From the NCBI GenBank assembly GCA_965198645.1, contig OZ240670.1, positions 1,608,984-1,672,983 of the forward strand: 64,000 nucleotides of DNA. The letters are read 5' to 3'. Positions within the stretch are counted from its first letter, which is position 1; each line of letters opens with the position of its first letter. The position numbers and the translations under genes were made by a program. Origin of the DNA: Acidobacteriaceae bacterium (lineage in GTDB: Bacteria > Acidobacteriota > Terriglobia > Terriglobales > Acidobacteriaceae). Below the pieces are notes generated by a model that was not told where the DNA came from, did no database searches, and saw only the letters and a list, made by a program, of their open reading frames with translations. Below, in pieces: positions 30,018 through 39,928 of this stretch.

Positions 30018-31430
30018 ATGGGAAAGCCGGTAGCAATTGCTGTGGTGGGCTCGGGCTATGTGGGACTGGTTGCGGCGGCATGCTTTGCCGAGATAGGCCA
30101 CCAGGTCATCTGCGTGGATAACGACGAGCGCAAGGTGAACATGCTGCGTGAGGGCGGCGTGCCCATTCATGAGGAGTATCTGCCCGAGCTGCTGGCCCGG
30201 CATCGTAACGGGGCCGTGACCTTCACGAGCGACCTGCGTGCCGCCACCCAGCAGGCCGACGCCATCTTTATCGCCGTCGGCACCCCGCAGAGCCTCACTG
30301 GGAGCGCTGACCTCTCCTATGTCGATGCGGTCGCAAGCGAGATTGCCCGCTCGATCACCAGCTACAAGGTGATCGTTGAGAAGAGCACGGTCCCGGTCTA
30401 TACCAACGAGTGGATACGCCGGGTGGTTGAGCGCAACGGCGTCCCGCGCGAGCTCTTTGACGTCGCATCGAACCCCGAGTTTCTGCGCGAGGGTACCGCG
30501 GTCGTTGACTTCCTACACACCGATCGCATCGTCGTCGGCACAGACAGCGAGCGCGCGGCCTCGGTTCTGAGCGCCATCTACGCGCCCCTGACCGAGGGGA
30601 CCTACTACCGGAATGCAGATGCGGTGCCTGGCTGCTGCTCGGAGCAGATGCGTCCGCCGCTGGTCCATGTTTCGACCAAGGCAGCAGAGCTGATCAAGCA
30701 CGCCTCGAACGCCTTTCTCGCCGTCAAGATCTCCTTTATCAACGTAGTCGCCAACATCTGCGAAGCGGTCGGCGCGGACGTCGAGCAGGTCTCGCGCGGT
30801 ATCGGCATGGACGAGAGGATCGGTCCCCGCTTCCTGAAGGCGGGCGTCGGCTACGGCGGGTCATGTTTTCCCAAAGATGTCGCCGCGTTCCGCTACGTCG
30901 CTGAGCAGTTCGGCATCCCCTTCGGCCTGCTAAGCGAGGTCGAGAAGATCAATGCCGAGCAGAAGCTGCGCTTCTTTCAGAAGGTACGGGCCGCGCTGTG
31001 GACCTTCCGAGGCAAAAAGCTGGGCGTGTTGGGGCTCTCCTTCAAGGGCGGCACCGATGATATCCGGGACTCGCCCGCCATCGAGATTGTCTCCATGCTG
31101 CTCAAGGAAGGCTGTTCGATCGACGCCTATGACCCGGCCGCGATGGAGCGGGCTGCCGAAGTGCTTCCTGCCTCCGACCAGATGCACTATGTCGGCGACG
31201 CTTATGGAGCGGCGCGCGAGAAAGATGCGCTGCTGATCCTGACCGACTGGCAGGAGTTTGCCGAGCTTGACCTCGGCCAACTGCACCAGAGCCTCCGCTA
31301 CCCGATCATCCTGGACGGGCGCAACCTGTACGATCCGGCCGAGCTCTCCTCGCGCGGCTTCACCTACATCAGCGTGGGCCGGCCCACCGTGAACCAGACC
31401 CGGGAGGCAGCTGCTCACAGGCTGGCCTAG
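30018..31430 (+). CDS. ugd: UDP-glucose 6-dehydrogenase
   Basis: IAVVGSGYVGLVAAACFAE, VEKSTVPV, NPEFLREG, and GYGGSCFPKD containing the catalytic Cys. GAGGAG lies upstream of the ATG at 30018. Confidence 0.9.
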   Translation: MGKPVAIAVVGSGYVGLVAAACFAEIGHQVICVDNDERKVNMLREGGVPIHEEYLPELLARHRNGAVTFTSDLRAATQQADAIFIAVGTPQSLTGSADLSYVDAVASEIARSITSYKVIVEKSTVPVYTNEWIRRVVERNGVPRELFDVASNPEFLREGTAVVDFLHTDRIVVGTDSERAASVLSAIYAPLTEGTYYRNADAVPGCCSEQMRPPLVHVSTKAAELIKHASNAFLAVKISFINVVANICEAVGADVEQVSRGIGMDERIGPRFLKAGVGYGGSCFPKDVAAFRYVAEQFGIPFGLLSEVEKINAEQKLRFFQKVRAALWTFRGKKLGVLGLSFKGGTDDIRDSPAIEIVSMLLKEGCSIDAYDPAAMERAAEVLPASDQMHYVGDAYGAAREKDALLILTDWQEFAELDLGQLHQSLRYPIILDGRNLYDPAELSSRGFTYISVGRPTVNQTREAAAHRLA

Positions 31431-31770
31431 CGGTCGTGGGGCGATGGTCTCATGGATGGTTCCTGTGACGAAGGCTGGCCCGGCAGCCTTGGTGGCCGCA
31501 GGTGCATGCTCCTGCGCGACCAGGATCAAAGCTCACCGGGATCGATTCAAAGGTGACGGAATCGAAATGCCCGGCTTGACCATCGTTTCAGGTCAACGCC
31601 ATACTGAGGCTACGGTCGGCGGGAAATGGTAAGTTACCGATGGCACGCTGTCTTGCACAGGGAATCAGTTTACCTTGGTTTTCAAGCTAACTCCTCACCT
31701 CGGCCTGGACCTGTGGTGAGTTAACCGGCGAAGGGGCGACGAAGAACATGGCCGAAGTTGGGAGCGCGTT

Positions 31771-32760
31771 ATGAAGCTGAAGGATCAGAAGGTAGTGGTT
31801 TGCGGGGCCGGCGGGTTCATCGGCGGCCACCTGGTCAAGGATCTGCTCAACCAAGGCATCAACGTCGTGCGGGCGGTTGATATCAAGCTTCTCGATGAGT
31901 GGTACCAGACCTCGAAGGGCGTAGAGAACCTGTCGCTCGATCTGCGCGATCGAGCCAACTGCCAGATTGCTGCCGATGGCACCGAGATCGTCTTCCAGCT
32001 TGCGGCCGACATGGGCGGGATGGGCTTTATCGAGAACAATAAAGCGCTTTGCATGCTGAGCGTACTAACCAACACGCACATGCTGATGGCGGCGCGAGAA
32101 GCAGGCGTGGAGCGATTCTTCTTCTCCTCCTCTGCCTGCGTCTACAACGGTGAGAAGCAGACCAACCCTGATGTGGTCGCGCTGAAGGAAGAGGATGCCT
32201 ATCCGGCTCTGCCCGAAGATGGCTACGGCTGGGAAAAGCTCTTCTCCGAGCGCATGTGCCGCCACTTTGAGGAAGACTTCGGCCTGCTCACCCGCGTGGC
32301 CCGCTACCACAACGTGTACGGCCCGCTTGGTACCTACGAAGGCGGCCGCGAAAAGGCCCCTGCCGCGATGTGCCGCAAGGTCATTGAGGCCAAGCAAAGC
32401 GGCAAGCACGAGATCGAGATCTGGGGCGACGGGCACCAGACCCGCTCCTTCATGTACATCGATGACTGCACCAAGGGAACCCAGGCGATCCTTGAGAGTG
32501 AGATCCTCGAGCCGATCAATCTTGGATCGAGCGAGCTGGTGACCATCAACCAGCTCGTCGACATCGTCGAAGATATCGCAGGCGTCAAGCTTGAGCGCAA
32601 GTACAATCTGGGCGCGCCAAAAGGTGTCAATGGGCGTAACTCGGACAACACGCTGATCCAGAAGTATCTGGGTTGGGAGCCCTCGATCAAGCTCCGCGAC
32701 GGCATGGCCAGGACCTACGCCTGGATTGAAAGCCAGATGCTTGCGCCGGCAACCAGGTAG
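31771..32760 (+). CDS. GDP-mannose 3,5-epimerase-like NAD-dependent epimerase (SDR)
   Basis: GAGGFIG, LAADMGGMGFI, RFFFSSSACVY, GGREKAPAAMCRK, WGDGHQTRSFMYIDDC and GRNSDNTLIQKYLGWEP are collinear with plant GME as I remember it. Confidence 0.75.
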   Translation: MKLKDQKVVVCGAGGFIGGHLVKDLLNQGINVVRAVDIKLLDEWYQTSKGVENLSLDLRDRANCQIAADGTEIVFQLAADMGGMGFIENNKALCMLSVLTNTHMLMAAREAGVERFFFSSSACVYNGEKQTNPDVVALKEEDAYPALPEDGYGWEKLFSERMCRHFEEDFGLLTRVARYHNVYGPLGTYEGGREKAPAAMCRKVIEAKQSGKHEIEIWGDGHQTRSFMYIDDCTKGTQAILESEILEPINLGSSELVTINQLVDIVEDIAGVKLERKYNLGAPKGVNGRNSDNTLIQKYLGWEPSIKLRDGMARTYAWIESQMLAPATR

Positions 32761-32791
32761 GCAGTCTGAGACAGGAAGCTGACTGCGAAAA

Positions 32792-32822
32792 GACGCCGCC
32801 CAGGTCTACGTGGGGCGGCGTC
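32792..32822. terminator. 10-bp perfect GC-rich stem-loop after the epimerase gene
   Basis: The arms are gacgccgccc and gggcggcgtc, separated by an 11-nt loop. The A-tract precedes the stem on the + strand, so the U-tract is on the minus strand. Direction is therefore ambiguous. Confidence 0.35.
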
Positions 32823-32851
32823 CTGGCAGGCTCTCAGCATGAAAGAACTCG

Positions 32852-34066
32852 ATGAGCGCCGGCCTGAAACGGCCCGCTGAACGGGACGATGAACCACTTT
32901 CTTCCGGGCCCTCTATCGTTCACTCTCCCACGTCCGAGCAATCAAGCCTTCGCACGGCAGGGCCGGCATCGGTCAGCCTACCCGCGAACTTCCACAAGGT
33001 ACGTCGAGTGCTTATCTACCGCCTCGGTTCGCTGGGCGACACGATGGTTGTGCTGCCTTGTCTGCACCTGGTAGCACGCCTGTTCCCCAATGCCGAGCGA
33101 CGCATGCTCACCAACGTGCCTGTTCACGGCAAGGCACCGGCGTCTTCGGCGATTCTGGGCGACTCGGGTCTGGTCTCAAGCTACATCACCTACGCCGTCG
33201 GTTCGCGATCGCCGGTAGAGTTGGCGCGCATCCTGCTCCAGGTTCGGCTCTTCCGGCCGGAGGTAATGATCTATCTCACCAAGCCTCGTGGCGAGCAGGT
33301 GCTGGCGCGGGACCGTAAGTTCTTTCGGCTCTGCGGAGTCACACGCCTGGTGGGTCTGCCCGCGGGCGATCTTGGCATGAACCTGCCACTGAGTGATGGC
33401 TTTTGGGAGTCAGAGGCCGCCAGGCTGGCGCGTACCCTGCGCACCCTCTCGCCGCTCGATGTCAACGATCTCAACAACTGGGACCTGCGCCTGACCGCGT
33501 CTGAGCGGGCAGCGGCCGAGCGCGAGCTTGTTCCGCTCGGCACCCGCCGCCTGCTCTGCTGCGGTGCCGGAACGAAGATGCAGGCGAAAGATTGGGAAGC
33601 GCCACGCTGGCGCGCGCTGCTCGACCGGCTGGCCGAAGCCTTTCCGGAGCACGGGCTGGTGCTGGTCGGGGCCAAGGACGACCACGCGGTGAGCGAGGAG
33701 ATCTCGCCCGCCTGGGCAGGGCGCAGCGTGAACCTGTGCGGAGCGCTCAAGCCGCGCGAGACTGCGGCGTTGATGCCGCGGATGGAGCTCTTTCTCGGTC
33801 CGGATAGCGGCCCGATGCACTTTGCCGCGGCTGCCGGTGTGCCTTGCGCTATTGCCTTTGCCTCCCGAACGATGCCCGGCATCTGGTATCCGGTAGGCCA
33901 GGGGCACAGGGTGGTCTATCACAAGCTGGCCTGCTCGGACTGCGACCTGGACACCTGCATCGAGAACCAGAAGCGCTGCCTGACCACAATCACGATCGAC
34001 GAGATGTTTGAAGCCGCGCTGGCTGCCTGGAGACAAGGCCGCGAGCGCGCAGACACAGGAGTCTGA
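32852..34066 (+). CDS. glycosyltransferase family 9 (heptosyltransferase-like)
   Basis: VLIYRLGSLGDTMVVLP and GPDSGPMHFAAAAGVP are GT9 hallmarks. The ~45-aa N-terminal extension makes the start uncertain. Confidence 0.8.
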   Translation: MSAGLKRPAERDDEPLSSGPSIVHSPTSEQSSLRTAGPASVSLPANFHKVRRVLIYRLGSLGDTMVVLPCLHLVARLFPNAERRMLTNVPVHGKAPASSAILGDSGLVSSYITYAVGSRSPVELARILLQVRLFRPEVMIYLTKPRGEQVLARDRKFFRLCGVTRLVGLPAGDLGMNLPLSDGFWESEAARLARTLRTLSPLDVNDLNNWDLRLTASERAAAERELVPLGTRRLLCCGAGTKMQAKDWEAPRWRALLDRLAEAFPEHGLVLVGAKDDHAVSEEISPAWAGRSVNLCGALKPRETAALMPRMELFLGPDSGPMHFAAAAGVPCAIAFASRTMPGIWYPVGQGHRVVYHKLACSDCDLDTCIENQKRCLTTITIDEMFEAALAAWRQGRERADTGV

Positions 34067-34071
34067 CGCAC

Positions 34072-35064
34072 ATGTATATCGTCACCGGTGGAGCCGGCTT
34101 TATTGGCAGCAATCTTGTGCACGAGCTCAACCAGCAGGGCATCACCGACATTCTGGTTGTCGATAACCTAGCTGACCCGCGCAAGACACTCAACCTGCAT
34201 GGCGCTCAGTTTGTCGACTACATGGACAAGCACGAGTTCCGGCGAGCGCTCGAAGCAGGCTCGCTAGAGCTGCCGAGGGTCGAGGCGATCTTTCACCAGG
34301 GCGCCTGCTCAAACACGCTGGTCGACGACGGCGTGTACATGATGGACAACAATTTCACTTATTCGAAGCTTGTGCTCGAGTACGCCGTCCGGAAGGATGC
34401 GCCGCTGGTCTACGCCTCGACCGCGGCAGTCTACGGCCTCAGCGGGCCGGGAAAGTTTTCGCCCACGCTCGAGAATGAGAAGCCGCTCAACGTCTACGGC
34501 TTCTCAAAGCTGGTCTTTGATCATTACGTGCGCGAGCTCTTTCGCAAGGGGGCGCTGCCGACCACCGTCGTCGGGCTGCGCTACTTTAACGTCTACGGCC
34601 CGCGCGAGCAGCACAAGGATCGCATGGCATCGGTGATCCACCACTTCACCAAGCAGATGCGCGAGCTAGGCAAAGTCCGCCTCTTTGAGGGCTCGGGCGG
34701 CTACGCGCATGGCGAGCAGCGGCGCGATTTCGTGTATGTGCGCGACCTGGTGCGGCTGAATCTCTACTTTGCCCAGGTGGGCGAGTACGCTGTCGCCAAC
34801 CCTGCCGAGCGAAAGGTCTACCACGCGATCGTCAATGCCGGCTCGGGCCAGAGCCGGACCTTCAATGAAGTGGCAAGCGCGTTGATGCAGGTGCACGGCA
34901 AGGTGCCGGTGGAGTACTTTCCCTTCCCGGCCGATCTGGACGCGCGCTACCAGCACTTCACCGAGGCCGATCTTACTGCGCTACGTCAAACTGGCTGCGA
35001 CTACCGCTTCACCCAGCTGGAAGAAGGCGTGCGGGAGACCTTCGCGACTATGGCTAACTTCTAG
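34072..35064 (+). CDS. hldD: ADP-L-glycero-D-manno-heptose 6-epimerase
   Basis: MYIVTGGAGFIGSNLV, HQGACS, and ASTAAVYG...YGFSK containing YxxxK. Confidence 0.9.
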   Translation: MYIVTGGAGFIGSNLVHELNQQGITDILVVDNLADPRKTLNLHGAQFVDYMDKHEFRRALEAGSLELPRVEAIFHQGACSNTLVDDGVYMMDNNFTYSKLVLEYAVRKDAPLVYASTAAVYGLSGPGKFSPTLENEKPLNVYGFSKLVFDHYVRELFRKGALPTTVVGLRYFNVYGPREQHKDRMASVIHHFTKQMRELGKVRLFEGSGGYAHGEQRRDFVYVRDLVRLNLYFAQVGEYAVANPAERKVYHAIVNAGSGQSRTFNEVASALMQVHGKVPVEYFPFPADLDARYQHFTEADLTALRQTGCDYRFTQLEEGVRETFATMANF

Positions 35065-35085
35065 GCGAGTACCGTCGTAGTTCGC

Positions 35086-35105
35086 CAGCGCGCGGAGGCG
35101 CGCTG
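35086..35105. terminator. 8-bp perfect hairpin between the convergent hldD and gmhB
   Basis: cagcgcgc-ggag-gcgcgctg. No U-tract on either side. Confidence 0.3.
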
Positions 35106-35147
35106 CGAGGGAAGTACTGGCTCCGGCCAGCTCATGCGCGATGCGAT

Positions 35148-35747
35148 TTAGAAGTAGCGCTCCACCGCTTCAGACAGGGAGGTGGCAACTGCATCGGCCA
35201 TTAGCGCTGCCTGCTCCGCGCCGGACTTTCGCCGATCGGCTTCGCCCTCAATGAAGATCGTGTACATGCCGGCCGCGCGGCCGGCTTCGATATCAGAGAG
35301 TGAATCGCCAATCATGACACCCTGGTCGGCTTGAGCCTCGGGGAACTCTGCGAAGGCTTGCTCAAAGAGCCCGGGCAAAGGCTTGCGACAGCTGCAAACA
35401 TCTTTGTCATGCGGGCAGTAGTAGTAGCCGTCGATGTGCGCACCGTGAGCGGCCAGGCTGTCGGCGAGTTGCGCGTGCAGCCGCTCCACATCCGCCTCGG
35501 TGTACAGGCCGAGCGCTACGCCGCGCTGATTGGTCACCAGGAAGATTCGCCGGCCTAAGCGATTGAGCTTCGCGATCGCTGCTTCGACGCCAGGCAAAGG
35601 ATGAAATTCGTCCCAGCGCGCCACATAGCTTCCCTCGGGCGCTTTCCGGTTGATCACCCCGTCCCGATCGAGAAAGACATTGCGCGCCGCAGCCAGCTCA
35701 GGGACTGACTTTGGTACATCTGAGGAGGATGCCACACGGAGTATCAT
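35148..35747 (-). CDS. gmhB: D-glycero-beta-D-manno-heptose 1,7-bisphosphate 7-phosphatase (HAD)
   Basis: FLDRDGVIN (the DxDG HAD motif), LVTNQ, the Zn-site-like CPHDKDVCSCRKP, and GDSLSD. ATG at 35747; the upstream 133 codons of the ORF overlap gmhA and are treated as spurious. Confidence 0.85.
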   Translation of the reverse strand: MILRVASSSDVPKSVPELAAARNVFLDRDGVINRKAPEGSYVARWDEFHPLPGVEAAIAKLNRLGRRIFLVTNQRGVALGLYTEADVERLHAQLADSLAAHGAHIDGYYYCPHDKDVCSCRKPLPGLFEQAFAEFPEAQADQGVMIGDSLSDIEAGRAAGMYTIFIEGEADRRKSGAEQAALMADAVATSLSEAVERYF

Positions 35748-35862
35748 AGCGAAACGGACGTGGATTGAGCGAGCTTGGCTGTGCAATGCAGCCAGCTGCG
35801 CGCTGGCGATCCTGATCCAAGCGAAGCGTGCACATCGGCTAAGAGGGTGAGCGAGCCGTGCG

Positions 35863-36525
35863 ATGGAAACGGAAGATACTGGAGACGTGATGGACAAGAC
35901 CCTGACCGCTGATGAAATCTTTGGCCGCGCCATTCGCGAGCACCTCGTGGTTGTCGAACAACTGCATGCCCAGCAGCCGCTTCTTGAACAGATTGCTACC
36001 GAGATGACGGATGCAATTCTCGGAGGAAGCAAGATTCTCTGGTGCGGCAATGGTGGCTCAGCCGCCGACTCGCAGCATTTAGCCGCCGAGTTTGTTGGCC
36101 GCTTCCGCCGCGAGCGCAAAGGCTTACCTTCCATCTCGCTCACCACCGATACCTCGGTGCTTACTTCGATTGGTAACGACTACGGTTACGAGGATGTTTT
36201 TCGTCGCCAGGTCGAGGCGCATTGCGAGCCGGGTGATGTAGTGGTTGGTATCTCGACCTCCGGCAACAGCAAGAACGTGGTCGCGGCCCTGGAAGAAGCA
36301 AAGAAGCAGGGCGCCTTTACCGTGGCATTTACCGGCGAGGGCGGCGGCCGCATGGCCGCTGTTGCGGATGCAACGATCTGCGTGCCGACCAAGGATACGG
36401 CGCGCGTGCAGGAGGGGCATATCCTGTGCGGACACATGCTCTGCGACTGGGTCGAGATCGCTCATTGCCAGTCTCTTGAAGCCGCCGCAGTCCGGGAGAA
36501 GGAAGGCGTGGAACGCGCACGATGA
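35863..36525 (+). CDS. gmhA: D-sedoheptulose 7-phosphate isomerase (SIS domain)
   Basis: CGNGGSAADSQHLAAEF and ISTSGNSKNV. The alternative ATG at 35890 has a GGAG 5 nt upstream. Confidence 0.9.
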   Translation: METEDTGDVMDKTLTADEIFGRAIREHLVVVEQLHAQQPLLEQIATEMTDAILGGSKILWCGNGGSAADSQHLAAEFVGRFRRERKGLPSISLTTDTSVLTSIGNDYGYEDVFRRQVEAHCEPGDVVVGISTSGNSKNVVAALEEAKKQGAFTVAFTGEGGGRMAAVADATICVPTKDTARVQEGHILCGHMLCDWVEIAHCQSLEAAAVREKEGVERAR

Positions 36526-38000
36526 TCGAGAACCTGCACCGGATCGTTGGGCTGATTGAAGGAGACTGGCGCGAGACCCACGTCCTGGTGGTTGGCGACG
36601 TGATGCTAGACCGCTACATTTGGGGCGATGTGGAGCGTATCTCGCCCGAGGCGCCGGTGCCGGTCGTGCGGGCTTCGCGCCGGAGCGACCAGCCAGGGGG
36701 CGCAGCCAACGTGGCAATGAACGTCGCCGGGCTTGGCGCACGGGTGACGCTGGTCGGCTTTGCCGGCAACGATGCGGACCGAGAGACGCTGGACCGATGC
36801 CTTGAAGAGGCAAAGGTCAACGCCCGGCTCACCACCGTTGAGTCACATCCAACAACCTCAAAGCTGCGCATTCTCGGAGGGCAGCAGCAGATCCTGCGCC
36901 TGGATGTCGAGCGGACCGGCGCCTTCCCTGATGATGCCTACACGCGGCTGATTGAAAGTGTCGCGGCGCTGCTGGACGATGTGCAGGCAGTCGTGCTCTC
37001 TGATTATGCAAAGGGCGTGCTGAGTGAGGCTGTTTGCCGCGCCGCGATCGATCAAGCCCGGCAGCGCAACATTCCCGTGCTCGTTGATCCGAAGCATCGC
37101 GACTTCTCTCGTTACGCGGGCGCAACCACGATCTGCCCCAACCTGCTGGAGCTTTCTGCCGCGACCGGTCTCTCGCACAAGGAAGCTGAGCCGATGCTGG
37201 CCGCTGCCGCGCGGCTACTCCCGACGCTTGGACTCGACTACCTTACCGTAACGCTGAGTGAAAAGGGTATCGCCGTCGTGCGCGCCACGGGCAATCGGAC
37301 CTTCCCTGCCGTTGCTCGTCAGGTCTTTGATGTTTCCGGTGCAGGCGATACCGTGATCGCCACGCTGGCTCTTTCGCTCGCCAGCGGCCTCTCGATTGAG
37401 GATGCGGTGCCGCTGGCCAATATCGCGGCCGGCATCGTGGTCAGCAAGGTTGGCACGGTACCTATTACGCGTGACGAGTTGCTGAACAGCCTAACGCCGC
37501 AGATCGAGCTACAAGCTTCAGAAAAAGTGCTGCCTCTCGATCGCCTGGTCACCCGCGTGAACGCCTGGCGGTCAAGAGGGGAGAAGGTCGTCTTTACCAA
37601 CGGCTGTTTCGACCTGTTGCACGTCGGCCATATCACGCTGATGGAGGATGCGCGGCGGGAGGGTGACCGGCTGGTGGTGGCCATTAACAGCGATGCCTCG
37701 GTGAGCGGCCTCAAGGGACCTACGCGGCCCGTGGTGCAGGAGCAGGATCGAGGGCGCGTGCTGGCAGCTCTCGCGGCTGTCGATGCGGTGGTGGTCTTCG
37801 GCGAGCCTACGCCGATGGCTCTCATCTTGGCGCTTCGTCCTGACGTTATCGTCAAAGGTGGCGACTATGTGGAAGACACCGTTGTCGGCGCGAAGGAAGT
37901 GCGCTCGTGGGGCGGCACGGTTAAGATTGTGCCGACCGTCGAAGGTTTTTCCACGACCAAGATGATCGCCCGCGCAGCGACCCCGGCGCTCAGTGAGTAG
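36522..38000 (+). CDS. hldE: bifunctional D-beta-D-heptose 7-phosphate kinase / heptose 1-phosphate adenylyltransferase
   Basis: N-terminal PfkB-type kinase (GGAANVA, DVSGAGDT) plus a C-terminal cytidylyltransferase (FTNGCFDLLHVGH). ATGA overlap with gmhA. Confidence 0.9.
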   Translation: MIENLHRIVGLIEGDWRETHVLVVGDVMLDRYIWGDVERISPEAPVPVVRASRRSDQPGGAANVAMNVAGLGARVTLVGFAGNDADRETLDRCLEEAKVNARLTTVESHPTTSKLRILGGQQQILRLDVERTGAFPDDAYTRLIESVAALLDDVQAVVLSDYAKGVLSEAVCRAAIDQARQRNIPVLVDPKHRDFSRYAGATTICPNLLELSAATGLSHKEAEPMLAAAARLLPTLGLDYLTVTLSEKGIAVVRATGNRTFPAVARQVFDVSGAGDTVIATLALSLASGLSIEDAVPLANIAAGIVVSKVGTVPITRDELLNSLTPQIELQASEKVLPLDRLVTRVNAWRSRGEKVVFTNGCFDLLHVGHITLMEDARREGDRLVVAINSDASVSGLKGPTRPVVQEQDRGRVLAALAAVDAVVVFGEPTPMALILALRPDVIVKGGDYVEDTVVGAKEVRSWGGTVKIVPTVEGFSTTKMIARAATPALSE

Positions 38001-38030
38001 TACGCGGGTAAGTCGAGGAAAATGTAACCG

Positions 38031-38573
38031 CTACAGTGACTTGACCATGCGCAGGATGCCGAGTGTTTCTCCATTCTCTAGTTGCACATCGGCGTGCTCA
38101 CGTGGCTGGTAACCCTCGCGCGTGTAGAGCGCGATACCTGTCAGAGTAGATCCCATCGCAAGGTGACGGAAGCCTGCAGCTGCCGCTGCGCTCTCCGAGT
38201 GCCGCAGCAGCAGTGTGCCGAGACCGTGCCTGGTCCACTCCGGGTGCACAAAGATAGCGCGAATACGTGCGGCGTCTATCAGCGGATCAAGCAGGGTGAG
38301 CGTGCGGAGCGGCGCGCGGTCGCTGCCGTAAAGCGTCTGGCGATAACTCCACCCTCCGCAGCCGGCGAGATGATCCGGCTGGTTGATCGGCGTTGCAAGG
38401 AAGTAAGTCCCATCCTCGATGAGCTGGGTATCGAGGCCGAGTACGCGGTGCAAAGCTCCGGTAATTTGCGCCTCCGAGTAATCTGCGCTGCTCACGCGCC
38501 GAACAGACTCTTCAATCAGTGCGTGCAGCTGCGGTACATCTGCATGGGTCGCCACACGTATGCAGAAGTTCAC
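38031..38573 (-). CDS. GNAT-family N-acetyltransferase
   Basis: IFVHPEWTRHGLGTLLL is an acetyl-CoA-binding Q/RxxGxG-like motif. 180 aa. Confidence 0.75.
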   Translation of the reverse strand: MNFCIRVATHADVPQLHALIEESVRRVSSADYSEAQITGALHRVLGLDTQLIEDGTYFLATPINQPDHLAGCGGWSYRQTLYGSDRAPLRTLTLLDPLIDAARIRAIFVHPEWTRHGLGTLLLRHSESAAAAAGFRHLAMGSTLTGIALYTREGYQPREHADVQLENGETLGILRMVKSL

Positions 38574-38575
38574 GG

Positions 38576-39778
38576 CTAGATGGTAAGAGCAGGCACGGAG
38601 ACGCCGTCCCGCTGAAACATCTGCTTAATACAGCGCAGTGCCTGGCGGGTGCGTTCTTCATTCTCAATGAGCGAGAAGCGCACATGTCCGTCGCCAAACT
38701 CGCCGAAGCCGATCCCTGGCGAGACGGCCACGCGCGCCTCGCTCAGCAGCTTGGTGGAGAACTCGAGCGAACCCATCTCGCGATACGCTTCCGGGATCGG
38801 CGCCCAGACAAACATGGTCGCCTGTGGATTCGGAGCCGCCCAGCCTAATTTATTCAGGCCTCCGACAAGCGCGTCGCGCCGGCGCTGATAGATCGCGGTG
38901 ATCTCGCGCACGCAGTCCTGGGGTCCCTCGAGAGCAAGGATGCTGGCTACCTGGATAGGCGTAAAGGTTCCGTAGTCGGCGTAGCTCTTGAGCCGCGCAA
39001 GCGCTGCGACTAGCTTCGCATTGCCGACCATAAAGCCGACACGCCAGCCAGGCATGTTGTAACTCTTCGACAAGGTAAAGAATTCAACGGCAATCTCCTT
39101 CGCGCCGGGTACTTCAAAGATCGACGGCGCACGGTACCCGTCGAAGGTGATGTCGGCATAGGCGAGATCGTGAACCAGGTAAATGCCATGCTCGCGGCAG
39201 AGCGCGACCACACGCTCAAAGAAGCTTACCTCCACACATTGTGTGGTTGGGTTCGCTGGGAAGTTGAGGATGAGCATCTTCGGTTTGGGGTACATCTGCG
39301 GGATGGAGTGCTCGAGCTCAGAGAGAAAGCTTTGCGTATCGTGGATGGCGATCGAGCGGATACTCGCGCCGGCAATGACCGGGCCATAGATGTGAATGGG
39401 GTAGCTTGGATTCGGCACCAGCACCACATCGCCTTTATCGAGCGTAGCCATGCAGAGATGGGCGATGCCTTCCTTAGAGCCGATGGTGACGATGGCTTCG
39501 GTTGCCGGGTCAAGCTCGACGTGGTAGCGATGGGCATACCAGTTGGTGATCGCTTTGCGCAGGCGCGGAATGCCCTTTGAAAGCGAGTAACGGTGCGTCT
39601 CAGGACGCTGCGCCGCCTCGACCATTTTGTCAACGATATGTTTCGGCGTTGCGCCATCCGGATTGCCCATGCCGAAGTCGATGATGTCTTCACCACGGCG
39701 ACGCGCCGCAGCCTTGAGCTCGCCAGTGATGTTGAAGACGTAAGCAGGCAAGCGGTCAAGACGCGGGAACTCAGACAA
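38576..39778 (-). CDS. alaC: class I/II PLP aminotransferase, AlaC (YfdZ)-like alanine transaminase
   Basis: [44 protein letters not shown]...VPNPSYPIH...[14 protein letters not shown] is collinear with E. coli AlaC as I remember it. Confidence 0.75.
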   Translation of the reverse strand: MSEFPRLDRLPAYVFNITGELKAAARRRGEDIIDFGMGNPDGATPKHIVDKMVEAAQRPETHRYSLSKGIPRLRKAITNWYAHRYHVELDPATEAIVTIGSKEGIAHLCMATLDKGDVVLVPNPSYPIHIYGPVIAGASIRSIAIHDTQSFLSELEHSIPQMYPKPKMLILNFPANPTTQCVEVSFFERVVALCREHGIYLVHDLAYADITFDGYRAPSIFEVPGAKEIAVEFFTLSKSYNMPGWRVGFMVGNAKLVAALARLKSYADYGTFTPIQVASILALEGPQDCVREITAIYQRRRDALVGGLNKLGWAAPNPQATMFVWAPIPEAYREMGSLEFSTKLLSEARVAVSPGIGFGEFGDGHVRFSLIENEERTRQALRCIKQMFQRDGVSVPALTI

Positions 39779-39928
39779 GGCTCTTTCTCCGGGTGCAAGG
39801 TGTTCTTAGAAGATTACGACAGACGCGCGCCTCTGCCCTTCCAGTCGACTCACAATGGTACCGTTGCGCCTGACTGTTGGCTGGCAGCGGAAGTTTGCTT
39901 GGTCGGGTGGCAGGCGCAGGCGTTGGTG

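Noticed and set aside
35748-36146. N-terminal extensions of several track ORFs. These are gmhB 35748-36146, ugd 29871-30017, ribBA 44748-44879, gap 11463-11537, wza-like 25787-25912, DUF2007 51-233 and the hydrolase 59508-59594.
   Set aside because: The conserved protein families begin at internal ATGs that have Shine-Dalgarno-like sequences. The extensions overlap neighbouring genes or have junk-like composition.
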